From: Malacoraja senta
Taxonomy: Eukaryota
Length of the DNA stretch: 64,000 nucleotides
NCBI GenBank assembly: GCA_038087875.1
Contig: CM075985.1
Location: 12,524,001-12,588,000, forward strand
Direction: 5' to 3'
Made by a program: the position numbers and the translations under genes. Positions 38,941 through 51,944 of the stretch are shown here, piece by piece; the stretch's first letter is position 1, and the number at the start of each line of letters is the position of its first letter. The notes under the pieces are model-generated. The model did not search any database and was not told the DNA's origin. It worked only from the letters and a program-made list of their open reading frames with translations.

Positions 38941-39073
38941 GGTATGAAGAAGGGTCTCGACACAAAACGTCACATACTCCTTTTCTCCAGAGATGCTGTC
39001 TAACCCGCTGATTTAATCCAGCCTTTTGTGTCTATCTTCAAGTTAAATCAACATCTGCAGTTCTTTCCTACAC
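38941..39073 (+). mobile_element. Penelope-derived short element
   Basis: Decayed hammerhead core plus conserved body, flanked by cacctag repeats. Confidence 0.8.
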
Positions 39074-40285
39074 ACCTAGACCCTCACGTCTCTTAAGACC
39101 TCCACTAATCCATGCATTTTATTATTTAGACAATAAACTCTCCTTTTTAGATGCAAAGTTTAATGCCAATTGATGTAAATCATAATTTTTGCCTGCCTTT
39201 TATTGAAACTAATTTAATTAATTAGTTCCTAATTTCCCTTGCAATAGTACTGGTGAGCCACTGTTGTCCTTCTGGAGAAAGTACTTCTACACTACTGTTG
39301 GCTAGGGAATTCCAGGATTCGGTCCCAGCAAAAATGAACAGTGATAACATTCCCATATCGAGAAGATATGTGGTTTGGAGGAGTTAATGTGTGAAGGTAT
39401 TCCCATACACTTGCTGCCCATGTTTATTTTGATGGGACAGTTTAGGATAAGCTGTCAGAATAATGTAGATGAGTAGCTGCAGTGTATGTGATGCATGTTA
39501 CAAACTGCAATCACTGTACACCAGTGGTGAGGAGAAGAAGTTTCAACATCTCGTAATGATGTTGACCACAGATGATGACACAGAGGGCCACGGTAAGAAT
39601 TCTGCCTGGCACTGAAAGTTCTTTAATTTATGGGTATCTTTGTTGATTGTTTGAATTGTTAACTATTTTCTAAAGACGTTGAAAGAGAAAGATATGGAGA
39701 CATGATGTTGGTCAATAGAATTCGGTTGCCAGGCTTGAGTTCGAATTCCGTTTCAAAAACACATTTGAATAACCATTAAGCTGTAATTTCATCAAATGCC
39801 TTTAAGAAATCTGCACAAATAACATCTGTGGGAATTCCCCATTGACTAATTTAGACACAGCTTCAAAACCTAAAATTAGGTTTCCCATGTAATAGTTATA
39901 GCAAACAAATCCACGGTGGCTTCTACTCAGTTGCAAAAATGTCAAGGTGTTTAGTCCTTTATTTTAAACTAGTGTCAAGTAAGAATAAAAAAAGATTATA
40001 ATACACCTTTCTTTTTTAAATATCATAATTTTCAAACTAAAGTAATGGTTCTGAACGAAGAACATTTTGGTAGATTTTGAAAGGGCATTTACAACATTCC
40101 TAGGTGCTGAAGAATTGTTATTTTAACTCCATTATTTTCTTCTTCAATATTATTTGGCTTATAATAATGTTGGTGTGTCCCACTCAATATTAGTATCCTT
40201 GTGTTGGCCAACATGCTATACTCTCTCTCTCATGCGAACTAAAGATGCAGAATAGTTTATTCAATGTGCCCACAATTTTTCTTGC

Positions 40286-40545
40286 TTAGTTTAGTGATAC
40301 GGCAAGGAATCAGGCCCTTCGGCCCTCGCCAACCATCGATCATACTATTTCGATGTTAACCCATTTTCACATCCACTCACTACACACTTGGCACAATTTA
40401 CAGAGGCCGTCTTTGGGATGTGGCAGGAAACCGGAGTACCCAGCGAAAACCAATGCAGTCACAGGGAGAATGTGCAAACCCCACACAGGCAGTACCAGAG
40501 GTCAGGATCGAACCTGGGCCTCTTGCGTTGTGAGGCAATTGTTCT
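40286..40545 (-). mobile_element. HE1-like V-SINE
   Basis: Reverse V-domain and tRNA-like head. Confidence 0.82.
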
Positions 40546-40807
40546 AATTTACAATCTCACTGCTTAGTTTTCAAGTGTCCCATTGCTCATGATGATTGTT
40601 TTTTGCCCCTTTTGCCCCTGCAAAATAAAATTAATATTGATCTACCTTGTGAATGCTTTTCATTATCCCTATTTGTGATTTTTACTACCTGTACTTGAAC
40701 TTGTATCGTCACCTCCTGCTTCTCTTGACAGTTCTCCCAGTCACTAAGATCTGTACTAGTTTTGGTCAGTCATACGTTTTGTCTTCTGGTTTTATGTTAA
40801 TTTACAT

Positions 40808-41148
40808 TAATCCTGGCCACACACTCATCTCCCTGCTACCTTCAGGTAGAAGGTACAGGAGCCTGAAGACTGCAACAACCAGGTTCAGGAATAGCTACTT
40901 CCCCACAGCCATCAGGCTATTAAACCTGGCTCGGACAAAACTCTGATCATTAATAACCCATTATCTGTTATTTGCACTTTATCAGTCTATTTATTCATGT
41001 GTGTATATATATTTATATAATGGTATATGGACACACTGATCTGTTTTGTAGTAAATGCCTATACTATGTTCTGTGTGCTGAAGAAAAGCAAGAATTTCAT
41101 TGTCCTATCAGGGACACATGACAATAAACTCACTTGAACTTGAACTTG
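40808..41148 (+). mobile_element. Rex1/Babar-like LINE 3' end
   Basis: HTLISLLPSGRRYRSL..TTRFRNSYFPTAIRLLN, then atgacaataaa and (cttgaa)n tail. Confidence 0.88.
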
Positions 41149-41550
41149 TATCCATGGCTGTTTTTAGGTAAGAACAGCTGATCCACATAAAATTATTTTC
41201 TTGTAATTCATTTCATTATTCTTTGGCCCATTAACATATTTATCATTGACAGTTTCTGTTACATAAAAAGGGATGGCAGCCTTTAAATATATCTACAATC
41301 TTAAGAGTAGTTCTGTATTTCGCCTTTATGAACATTAAATTGAAACATAATCATATTCTGTCTTAATTAGACATTTGGTTATTGTTCAACTACTAACTAA
41401 ATTTGTTTTATTACTACATCTAACATCCACGTCTAACTACTGCCTTGTTGGTTCTATAACATATTACTGCAGTAAATTATCCTCAAATCACACTCGAAAA
41501 GATCACCATCTTTCTAACAGGTCTGCTTACCTCAATCCATTTGAAATTTA

Positions 41551-41647
41551 GAAGATAGACACAAAATGCTGGAGTAACTCAGCGTGACATGCAGCATCCC
41601 TGGAGAGAAGGAAAGGGTGATGTTTCGGGTTGAGACCCTTCTTCAGA
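41551..41647 (-). mobile_element. Penelope-derived short element
   Basis: Minus strand reads CTGAAGAAGGGTCTCAACCCGAAACATC. Confidence 0.8.
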
Positions 41648-42030
41648 ATTTCCCATTAAAGGACATTATTAACTAGGCACCAGTTTGAAAAGACATACTA
41701 AATTATAAAGATTAATGTATGCACTGCAACCTCAAAAACATGTCTGAAAATGCAGTACCTAATTTTCACACTCTACTGAGAGGAATAACCAATTGATCTG
41801 CTTGACGTAACAAGATTTCTCCTTAGTGTTTATTCGCATTTACACTTTTGCTTCAGAAATGTACCACTGCACACCTCCTTGGATTCCCATAAACCTTGGC
41901 ACAATTTCCAACTGTGAGTGGGATGTTATATTTCCCACTCAAGCTCCCCAGCAATAGGCTAGATTTCCATAAATGAATCAAACTCCACATAGATTTCCAT
42001 AACATCATCCAACTCCGCACATAGGGGATG

Positions 42031-42390
42031 TCATAAGATCATAAGTAAAAGGAGCAGAATTAGGCTATTTGGCGCATCGTCTACGTCATTAAATCAAGGC
42101 TGATCTGTCTCTCCCTCCAAACTCCACTCCTGCCTTCTCCCCATAACCCCTGACACCCGTACTAATCAAGAATCTGTCTATCTCTGCCTTAAAAATATCA
42201 ATTGACTTGGCCTCCACAACCTTCTGTGGCAAAGATTTCCACAGATTCACCATCCTTTGATTTAAGAAATTCCTTCTCATCTCCTCCCTAAAGGAACGTC
42301 CTTTAATTCTGAGGCTATGACCTCTAGTCCTAGACTCTCACAATTGTGGAAAAATCCTCTCCACATCCACTCTATCCAAGCCTTCCATTG
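42031..42390 (-). mobile_element. CR1 3' fragment
   Basis: ORF 42089..42280 (RRNFLNQRMVNLW). Confidence 0.88.
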
Positions 42391-42869
42391 TTCCTTACTA
42401 ACTCAAAGGAGAACTGTATTTTTCATCCTATTTTTTTGTTTTGTAGTGTGTCATGTTACCCCTTCCTGTTATGTGCAAGGAACCGCCCATCAGAAGATTT
42501 CCCTATTCTACAATGGGTTTTTTTTTGCGGTAAACTGGGTTGAAAGATCAAGCGTGGCATTTTGAGTTATTCTTTCATTTAATTCACATTGCAAGGCACT
42601 CCTTCCACTTCATCATTAAATCATCTTTCGTAGCATTGAATCTCCTCAGGGAGTGGAATGAAAAAGAAAATACCTACCTACACAAAAGGCATACCATGGG
42701 GCAATAACACCAGAAAAGTAAATCAGCACAATACTACACGACAAACCCCATTCTCCAGAAATGTCTCACCTAATCCCCCAAACTCGGTTCAACCGACCAA
42801 ACAAATACCATTCCTTGATCTGTGAAAAAAACATTCCCCCAATACTCCCAACAACAATACCACACATTC

Positions 42870-43555
42870 CACTTAAATGAAGAACAGTACCTCATTTTCC
42901 ATCTGGCTGTTGTACAATCCAATGGTATAAACATGTTATTTTCCAAATTCAGGTAACCCGCACTCAGTGCTCCTTTCTCCCTCTTCATGATCCACCCAAA
43001 CTCTCCCAGCCCCCCATTACACAGTTCTATTCCCCTCCCCACCTGGGTCCAATCATCTGTCACCCACACATAGCCTAGTGTCTCGCCTATCCCCTTCTGC
43101 AACTGCTTCCATTTGCCCATCTTCCCTTCTTTATATGGTTCCACTTTTCACCTTCCTTACTTATCAGATTCCAGGATCTGCAGGCTGTTGTCTCCACTTA
43201 ACACCTTCCAGCTCTGCTTCTACCTCCAACCTTCTCTCACCCCACCTGGTTCTCTTTTTTTCTCTCTCTCCTTATCTGTCTCTATCTATCTATCATCAAC
43301 CAACTCCTATGTCCTAACCACCCCTCCTCTTCCTCCCCAACCTGCCTATCATTCCCCTCCACACCTGGTTCCACCTATCACCTGCCAGCCCCTGCCTCAA
43401 AAGAAGGTAAATTAATCTGTGGAGGCAAAGGACAGTCAGCATTTCAGGTCAAGGCCCTGCATCAAGACTCTTTATGCAAGATCTCAACCTGAAACATTGA
43501 CTGTCCCATTGCCTCCATAGGTGCTGCCTGACCCATTGAGTTCACCAGCATCCAC
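42870..43555 (+). mobile_element. Penelope-like element 3' end (GIY-YIG C-terminus plus pyrimidine-rich UTR and terminal repeat)
   Basis: 42879-42956 reads EEQYLIFHLAVVQSNGINMLFSKFR*, like the Penelope EQHLIFRLGTLQP.G.N..F ending (recalled). Decayed hammerhead palindrome at about 43430-43510. Confidence 0.72.
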
Positions 43556-43849
43556 ATCAGATAAACTACATTTTAACAGGATTTTATACTTATAATTTAA
43601 TGTTAAGAAATGCCCCCAAAAGAGCATATCTCAGATAAATGCTGAAGCGGAAGAGACAATGTTTAGGAAGGGTGAAGAAAAGCTTGAATGGAGAAATGGA
43701 TTTCGAATAGATTTCAGGACTAAGTGCTAATGTTGAAGGATCAGTTACTTTGATGGGTGAAGAGTCAATCAAGAGGCAATATGTCAAAACAAATGTTGGT
43801 TCGAGATTTATATATAGCATGGAAGGACATTGTAGAGCAAATATCACCG

Positions 43850-44120
43850 ATGGAATAATGCATGCTCACTGAATAAGAATCCAGAAACCTAGGCTATTGG
43901 TCTAGCAACATAGATTTAAATCTTGCAATGGTAATTAAGAAATTTAAATGCAAGGAATTAAGTAAATTTAGAATTCAAAAACAGCCAGCATCAACACTGT
44001 GACCATAAAATTACTGAAGTAGCACATAAGCCAATCTTGTTCACTTATGTCCTTCAGAGGGAGCAAATCTGCCATCCTTACCTGATTGGCCTTTTCATGA
44101 GTCCAGACCCACCACGTGCC
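43850..44120 (+). mobile_element. Old chondrichthyan tRNA-SINE remnant
   Basis: gttcact.atgtcctt.ag..gg..aaatctgccatccttacc..gactccaga motif (recalled family). Confidence 0.55.
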
Positions 44121-44596
44121 TACGTCCTGTGAATGAACGAATGAATGAATGAATGAATGAATGAATGGATAAAGAAAAATATAATGGAGTAGAAAGTCAA
44201 GGATGAGCAGGACATCACCTTGCGTTTAGAACATGGTGTATAATTTGGATGGAAGACCAACAAGGAAAGAAAAGAGGCAGTCAAATGTGTTGATGATATA
44301 AGCATGTGTAGATCTATGGAAATAGATGGAGGCCATTCAGTTCCGTGATACATTACTGCCACTCAATGAAATCATGCTAACCTGTGCTCTAATTTCAACC
44401 AGCTACCCTGGTTCCTTATCATTTTATAGTCCTGTCAATAGATTCCTATCAATCACTGAAATAAGATTATGTTAAGCTGGGAGAAATTAGAGCAGTAGGA
44501 GGCCACAGTATAAATTGTCATGAACTTGTATTCAAGGAAGTTTGTCGACGCTTTAGATTTGGTTACTCATGACAATGATGGGAATAGAAAGTGCGA

Positions 44597-45250
44597 CATA
44601 GAAACATAGAAAATAGGTGCAGGAGGAGGCCATTCGGCCCTTCGAGCCAGCACCACCATTCATTGTGATCATGGCTGATCGTCCCCAATCAATAACCCGT
44701 GCTTGCCTTCTCCCCATATCCCTTGATTCCACTAGTCCCTAGAGCTCTATCTAACTCTCTCTTAAATCCTCCATTGGCCTCCATCGCCCTCTGTGGCAGG
44801 GAATTCCACAAATTCACAACTCTCTGGGTGAAAAACTTTTTCCTCACCTCAGTCTTAGATGGCCTCCCCTTTATTCTAAGACTGTGGTCCCTGGTTCTGG
44901 ATTTGCCCAAAATTGGGAACATTTTTCCTGCATCTAGCTTGTCCAGTCCTTTTATAATTTTATAATTTTACATGTTTCTATAAGATTTCCCCTCATCCTT
45001 CTAAACTCCAGTGAATACATGCCTAGTCTTTTCAATCTTTCCTCATATGACAGTCCCGCCACCCCAGGGATCAATCTCGTGAACCTACGCTGCACTGCTT
45101 CAATCACAAGGATGTCCTTCCTCAAATTAGGAGACCAAAACTGTACACAATACTCCAGATGTGGTCTTACCAGAGCCCTATACAACTGCAGAAGAACCTC
45201 TTTACTCCTATACTGAAACCCTCTTGTTATCAAGGCCAACATTCCATTAA
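44597..45250 (-). mobile_element. CR1 3' fragment
   Basis: ORFs 44952..45242 and 44689..44922. (ctatgttt)n tail. Confidence 0.92.
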
Positions 45251-45707
45251 TTTCAATTCCTGGATGTACTGTCTGATGTATATGTGACCCAACAGGAGGG
45301 GGGAGAGTCGGCAGCTGGAAATAAATTAATGGCGTTGGATATCAGGCAAAGAACCGGTGATTGGGAGCAATACCCCAGAATCAGCCAATTAATGCTTTTG
45401 GGTAGGATATTCCTGTTATCTGTGCAGAGATCCCAGTGATGGGTTGCAGATTCCTATAATTGGGTCAAACCCCTGATTATCAACCAAGAAATCCCAACGA
45501 CGAAGTCTGAGATAATGGTGATTGGGAGTGAAATGTCCACAAATGGGCATGACATCCAGGTGATCAAGCTGACATCCCAGTGTCTTGTGGGGCCTTGACA
45601 AAACAAGCATGAAAAATTTCTGATCAAGTGCTCACCCAGTTAATTGGGTATGAAACCCTCAAGAATGGCTACAAGATAGCCTGATGATAGTCAGAGATAG
45701 TCAGATG

Positions 45708-45945
45708 GTCTTTAGTCAGAGGGTAGTGAATCTGTGGAATTCATTGCCACAGAAGACTGTAGAGGCTAATGGATATTTTTAAGGTGGAAATTGACATACT
45801 CTTGATTAGTATGGGTGTCAGAGGTTTGGGGGAAAAGGCAGGAGAATGGGGTTGAGAGGGAAAGACAGATCAGCCATGATTGAATGGTTTAATAGACTTG
45901 ATGGGCCGAATGGCCTAATTCTGCTCCTAAAACTTATGAACCTAT
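45708..45945 (+). mobile_element. CR1 3' end
   Basis: 3' UTR matches the other copies. Confidence 0.85.
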
Positions 45946-46157
45946 GATAGAAAGAGAACTGGTAATGAGATGTGGAACCTTGATGGTTAAGCAGTGGCCC
46001 GGTGATCAGGCACACTGCCCCGTGGTTAAGCTGCCATTAATGGCTCCCTAGCCAATCATCTCTCCCAATGCTCATGTTTCTCCTGCCTTCCCACACTTCG
46101 TGCGGTGTTGCTGGGCGACAGTTTTTCACTTGCTGCTTTTGAGTTTTGAGCAACATC

Positions 46158-46171
46158 ATTACCATGGTAAC
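46158..46171. promoter_or_regulatory. RFX X-box-like palindrome (GTTACCATGGTAAT)
   Basis: 13/14 match to GTTNCCATGGNAAC in unique sequence. Confidence 0.45.
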
Positions 46172-46823
46172 TGCTGAGCACAGTCTATAATCATACGCAA
46201 GCTGCTGCCAGTCCTCCTCCGTAGGACAGGCCCCTTTAAAAGAACCTAACACACGCTCCAACAGTTAACACTAGAATTTCTGTGCACAAATTCACAAAGG
46301 ATTTTAACTAGTGCCAATCGGACTCAGCCTCAGTGCATAGTCTCCCTGTAGCTAAAATCAGAAACCATTGCAGTCTGTCATCCTCTGATCTGGAAATTAA
46401 TCGATGCTCCATCTCTCAAAACTCCTGCCTGAGTCCCAGCAACCCCATAAGCACTTAACCTCCCCTTCTTCCCTCTCTCTCCCACTTGAACTGCCACTTA
46501 TTCCATTCCTCCCAAGGTACACACTCTCTACCCTGAAGGTGTTGACTCACAGCGCTTCCCTTCCTCCGATAGGAGTCATGGTGTCATACAGTACAGAAAA
46601 GAGGTCGCTCGACCCACCATATTCACACAATTATAAATAAACAATTAACCTTCCAATAAACACGTTCTTGGTATGAGGAGGTAACTGGAGCAACTGGAAG
46701 AAAATCAAGCAGTCAACAGAAGGATGTGCAAACTCCACTCTGACAAAATCTAAGGTTAGGATCAAGCCCAGGTCTCTGGAGCTTGGTGGCAGCAGAACTA
46801 ATTGATGCATCTTTTTAACTTAC

Positions 46824-46841
46824 CTTAAGACGCTGGCCCAT
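46824..46841 (-). CDS. Candidate first coding exon (MGQRLK) of the CCDC136-like gene
   Basis: GGA-ATG-G (good Kozak), in-frame upstream TGA, consensus donor AAG|GTAAGT, phase 0 matching the phase-0 acceptor at 37415. No homology support. Confidence 0.4.
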
Positions 46842-47437
46842 TCCTAAAGATGCTGTCTCTCTCTTTCCCGTGAAGGTGGTGACTCACTTCCCAGTTCCCT
46901 TGAGGAACTGAACTCCCTCCTTTCATTCCTGATATCGACTCTCCCTCCCACACCTCTCCCGGAAGGAACTGACACCTTCCCTCCTCCCCTCGTGCTAACT
47001 GCCTTTCCAAAAAACAATGGACTTTAAGGACAATATAGCATGCACCAGTGAAAAGCCCCATCTCTTTAACTCTGGGAGATTAGCTTTACGGTTCATAAGT
47101 TATTTGAACAAGCAGCAAAACCTAGTGGAATATTTTACAATCTGAAAATGTAAAACTGCTTAAACAAAGGCTTCCGTAAATTCCCATTGCACTGCCAAAT
47201 GTGGAAGTCAACAAATTAATCAGTAAGATCTCAAATTGACTGCTGACTTCAAGATGGCCAAATACAACCCTCGGCAATCCATGGTTAGGTACAAATCTGA
47301 GCCTTTGATCATATACTGCTCTGCCACTTTGTTGCGGGAGCAGGACAGGGGTTGGTGGGAGGGAAGGAAATGGGCATCCTCGGTTCACAACTATAAAAGT
47401 AACAATAAAAAGCGATGCTGCATGAAGTAGAGACTGT

Positions 47438-47620
47438 GGTCCCAGTGAGAGTCAGTGTGTCTGTGAAACTGCACCCCAGTCAATAGGTGTGGAACTACAC
47501 CCCATTCAGTGTATCGTATTATGGAGAGTCAGTTCCTGAGGAACTACACTCCAGTGGCAGTGGGTGACTGGCGGAACTTTAACCCAGTGAGAGTTGGTAC
47601 CTGCTGTAATTTGTGAGAGT
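47438..47620 (+). repeat. Degenerate 30-34 bp minisatellite
   Basis: Recurring cccagtgagagtcagt...ggaactacac units. Confidence 0.6.
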
Positions 47621-50074
47621 ATGGGAAAAGGTAAAGTTACATTTACCTGAGTTTCTGCTGTTATCACTCAGCTATTTACTACAGAATGTCTGGTATTAGG
47701 GAACAACGCAGCGAAAAGCAATTCAAGAATGGAATTAACATTTTATCACAAGCAACAGCAATAAAAATATTGCTCCACACATACTAAAACATTACAATGG
47801 GCAATATTTCTTCACTTTAAAATGATTAATATTACGTTAAATTCCCCACAATTTTAAGGTTTAAATAGTCACCTGGACCAGGCACTATAAAACTGGTTGA
47901 GAAACAGGCATTATATGAACTAGTCAACCACAGATTAATATAATTCTCACCCGCCTTCAAGGTAGACATTATCCGTAGGACAGTAAGAATAAGGAGCGCA
48001 GACTTCACTCACACACGCAAGTTGCCTCTCACCTCTGGCTCTCCCTTCAAGTGACAATCTTTTCAGTGGAGATTAGGAACTCTGACACATTTCTGCTAAT
48101 TTCCTGAGCATGCTCAGATTGTTTAAGGAGTCGAAGGCTTCCCACCACTAGGCTATTTTTGGAAACCAGCTTGTCATTATTGTGCAAAGAGCTGCTGGTA
48201 GGCCCAGTAATGGAGCAGAGTGACACAGCACTGCACCACAGTTCTCCCCAGAACGAGAAAGGCGATTGAAAGCACTGAGATAGACCCAGCGAAGTAACAT
48301 CTCTTTCCTTCCTTGTGGTCTCTTGGGCTAATCAAGGGAGTTAAGCTCTTCACAAGCATATGTTAACTCTTTCCCTCTCACCAAATATCAGTGCAATGCA
48401 TATGATGCAAGAATTCTCAGCGGAGGATTGTTAATATATATTGCTCCTTGTATTGAACTGCAATTGACTAGCTGTCAGTGTTCGACTCTACTCAAAAGGT
48501 CTGATAGCTCGAGCAGTCTAGACTCTGAGACTCACTTTGTGAGTGCAAAGTCATTCACTCTGTTCTTAGACCTTCGTTAAAGATCCAGTGATTGTTGGTA
48601 TTTGATCCATAACTCTGGTCTATAGTTGGACCTTGCTTAAAGTGGCATATAAATCTGAGTCAGTGGATAAACCCTGTTTAAAGAATGCAGCAGTTCCTGT
48701 TCTGTGGTCAGACTCTGGAGCTGAGGCTGATTGGAATAGGTGATGCTACGAGTTAGAGAATCTCTATCTAGAATCATAGAGTCATGAAGAGATACAGCGA
48801 AGAAACAGAACCATTGGTCCACTGAGTGCACGCCAACCATCAACCACCAAAATACACTAATTGTATATTCATTCTTTTTTAAATTATCTGCACATTCTTC
48901 ATCCAATCCACACAGATTCTACCACTCACTTACACAGCAGAGTGTGCCAAATAACCGACTCAAATTTAGGATATAGGGGGAAACCAGAGAACCCAGAGGA
49001 AATGCACACAGTCATAGGAAAAACATGCAAACTCCACAGAGACTGCACCAAGGTCATGATTGAACCTGGGTTATGTGGTATTGCACCACTGTACTCTCTG
49101 GTGATTGAGTGGGACTAAAATTATGATAGAATGGCAATGGCACAGAGGTTGTGATTTCCCGGCTCCGTGCATGAGTAATACTGGTGATCCAAGTCCCAAG
49201 CTCTAGTCGACTACTTTCCCCTCATCTGAACAACAACCATTCACATTATCTTCCCCTCTTCTGTACCAAAACGGTTTTCAGATCCATACTGCCACTGCCC
49301 TTTTTATTCCATAAACTGTAACCTTGTAGGCAAATGTATTATGAGGCACTGTATCAAATGTCATTTGGAGATCCATTGCATTGACCTCATCAACTGTCTC
49401 TGCTACTTCTTAAAAAAAACTAATTCATGTTAGTTAAACACAATTTGCCTTTAACAAATCCCTGCTGTCCTTCATTAATTAATCCAGACTCATCCAAGTG
49501 GCTGCTAATTTGCCCTGAATTGTTTCTAAAAGCTTCCCCACTGCTCAGATTTAATTGACTTCATTCTAATAAAGCACTTCTTCTTCCTCTCCAAGGCTCT
49601 GACCTTCTTCTCAAAGTACGCTGCCTAGAATTAGAGACAACTCTCCAGCTAGGGATAGAAAACACAATGGTTTATAGCTTCCTTAGTTCTATACTCTCCG
49701 CCACCATTTACTTCAATTGACGAGATTTATTTTAAATCTCATATCTCCCATGGTTCTTTCTGCACTCGATCTGAACTCTCTTACTTCCTACCCTACTGCT
49801 GCTAAAGTTTCAAACCCATCTTAATATTGAAATACTCTGTTACGTTTCCTCTCTCTGTTCTAAGGAGAACAATAACAGCTTCCCTCCAGATAACAGTAGT
49901 CTTCTGTCCTGTACCATTCTAATAAACCTCCTCCAAATTGGCTTCCCTAAAAAAGTAAATTGCCTAGATTAGCCACAATACCTCAGCTGTGATCTGTAAA
50001 TGTTTAGCAAAATGTCCTTACTTTTATATTCCATGACAGTTTTGTTATTGATCCCTGGGTTGGCCAAATCTGCA

Positions 50075-51065
50075 ACAATGGTGAGACAAAGTACAGGACA
50101 GAGATAAAAAATCGAGTGTTATGGTGTCACAACAGTAATTTAGTTCTTAACATCAGCAAGACAGAAGAATTGGTTGCTGACCAAAGGAAGAAAAGGGATG
50201 ATCACTATCCCACCCCACAAGTTTCAAGTTTATTGACATTTATATCACCAAAAACCTCACTAGTCCCTTCACACACATGCAGTGATCAAGAAAGTGCATC
50301 CGCGAATTTACTTTTTCTGGCATCTAAGAAGCTTCGGCATGTCCATGAAGATTCTTTTGAACATCCACACATTCACTTCAGAGCGTATTCTCCCAAGATG
50401 CATCTCAGCCTAGAATGCAACTGCTCTGCTCCTGACCACCTGACCCTGCCCAATTCATCACAGCCTTGTCACCTCCTTCCATTCAGTTCATCTTTAAGCT
50501 GGGTAGGAAGGAACTGCAGATGCTGGTTTACACCGAGACCCCACAGTCTGAAGAAGCGTCTCAACCCAAAACATCACCCATTTCTTCTCTCCAGAGATGC
50601 TGCCTGGCCCACTGAGTTCCTCCAGCATTTTGTGTACACCTTCAAAGAGGGTTGCATCAGGAAGGCTAGAAGTATCATCAAGGTTGCCTGCAACACTGAC
50701 CATTCCCTTTTCTCTCTTCTACCTTCTGGGAGAAAATACAGGAGCTTGAAAGCTCTGATCTCCAGACTTAAGGATCAGCTTCTGACCCACTGCTATTTGA
50801 CTTCTGAACTAAGCATCTCTTTCATACAAGATGCTGCCATATCCTCTTACACTTAACTCTACCACATTCAGTTATTCGGTTATTGTACTTCAATATTTTT
50901 TTGCACAACTTGGATCTTGTATTACAATTTTGCACCATTTTGCTGTTTAGCATTTATCACTGTATTTATTGTTGTATTTATCATTACTGCATTTTACTGT
51001 TTAATCTGTGAGTTTGTGTGAACAAAGAATTTCATTACATGTCAATAAACTAAACTGAATCTGAA
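50075..51065 (+). mobile_element. Decayed Rex1/Babar-like 3' fragment with nested Penelope-derived element (50500-50645)
   Basis: WC..NL.LN.SKT.EL and HSLFSLLPSGRKYRSL motifs. Tail gtcaataaa. Confidence 0.78.
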
Positions 51066-51085
51066 CGTGAAAAAAACATTCTTCC

Positions 51086-51851
51086 CAAGTCAAGTCAAGT
51101 CAAGTCAAGTTTTATTCGTCACTTGCACATAAAGTGCAAGTGAAATGAATTTGCCAGCAGCGGTACAATAAAAAAAGAACACATAATACACAATAAACAT
51201 TTACACAAACATCCACCACAGCATTCATCACTGTGGTGGAAGGCACAAAAATTGGCCAGTCCTCCTCCATTTTCCCCCGTGGTCGGGACCTCAACCCTCC
51301 ACAGTCGCCGCTGTGGGCGTCCAGATGTTCAGACAAGGTCATTCCAGATAAGTCCTGAATCGGTGCCTCCCCACCGGAGACCGCGGCTTCAAGTTGGTGT
51401 AGGCCGCCATGCCGCAGCCATAAGCACCGCAGACCGCAGGGCCGGCGGTTGGAGCTCCTCTCCAGGGATCCCCGGTGAGGGATCCCGCTCCGGATGGTAA
51501 GTCCACGCCGCGCCCGCAGTAGAAGTTGGCCGCGGGCTGGCGGTCGGAGCTCTTCTCCTCCCGGGTCCACAACGAGGGATCCCAGGCCCAGGACGCCGCC
51601 AGCTGGAGCTCTGCAGACCGCAACTTCAGGCTGCTGCAGGCCAGCGAACAGAGCACTCTCCTCCGGCGCCCCCCCGGTGAGGGCTCGCCCGCTCCACGAC
51701 GAAAGAGTCCTCGCTGCGCCCGTTGCTGAAGCTGAAGCCCCGCACGCGTCTCCGGGAAAGGCCACACCGATTCTTGCTGTTAGGCCACGAGGGAGGCGAC
51801 ATGGAAAAAGTCACCTCTCTGTGGAGGAGGTGACCAAAACGGTTTCCCACC
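51086..51851 (-). mobile_element. GC-rich non-autonomous retroelement (variant A), 5'-truncated, (acttg)n tail
   Basis: Reverse complement of 60790-61580. Confidence 0.82.
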
Positions 51852-51944
51852 TATTTTCTATGTTTCTATGTTTCTATGTACAATACTCACTTGTAGTCTC
51901 CCCGAGGTCCCAAATAAATACCATAAGACATTTTCACGCTTACA

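Noticed and set aside
45250-45700. Unique segment between two CR1 pieces, faintly like a retroviral protease
   Set aside because: No intact motif and no LTR evidence.
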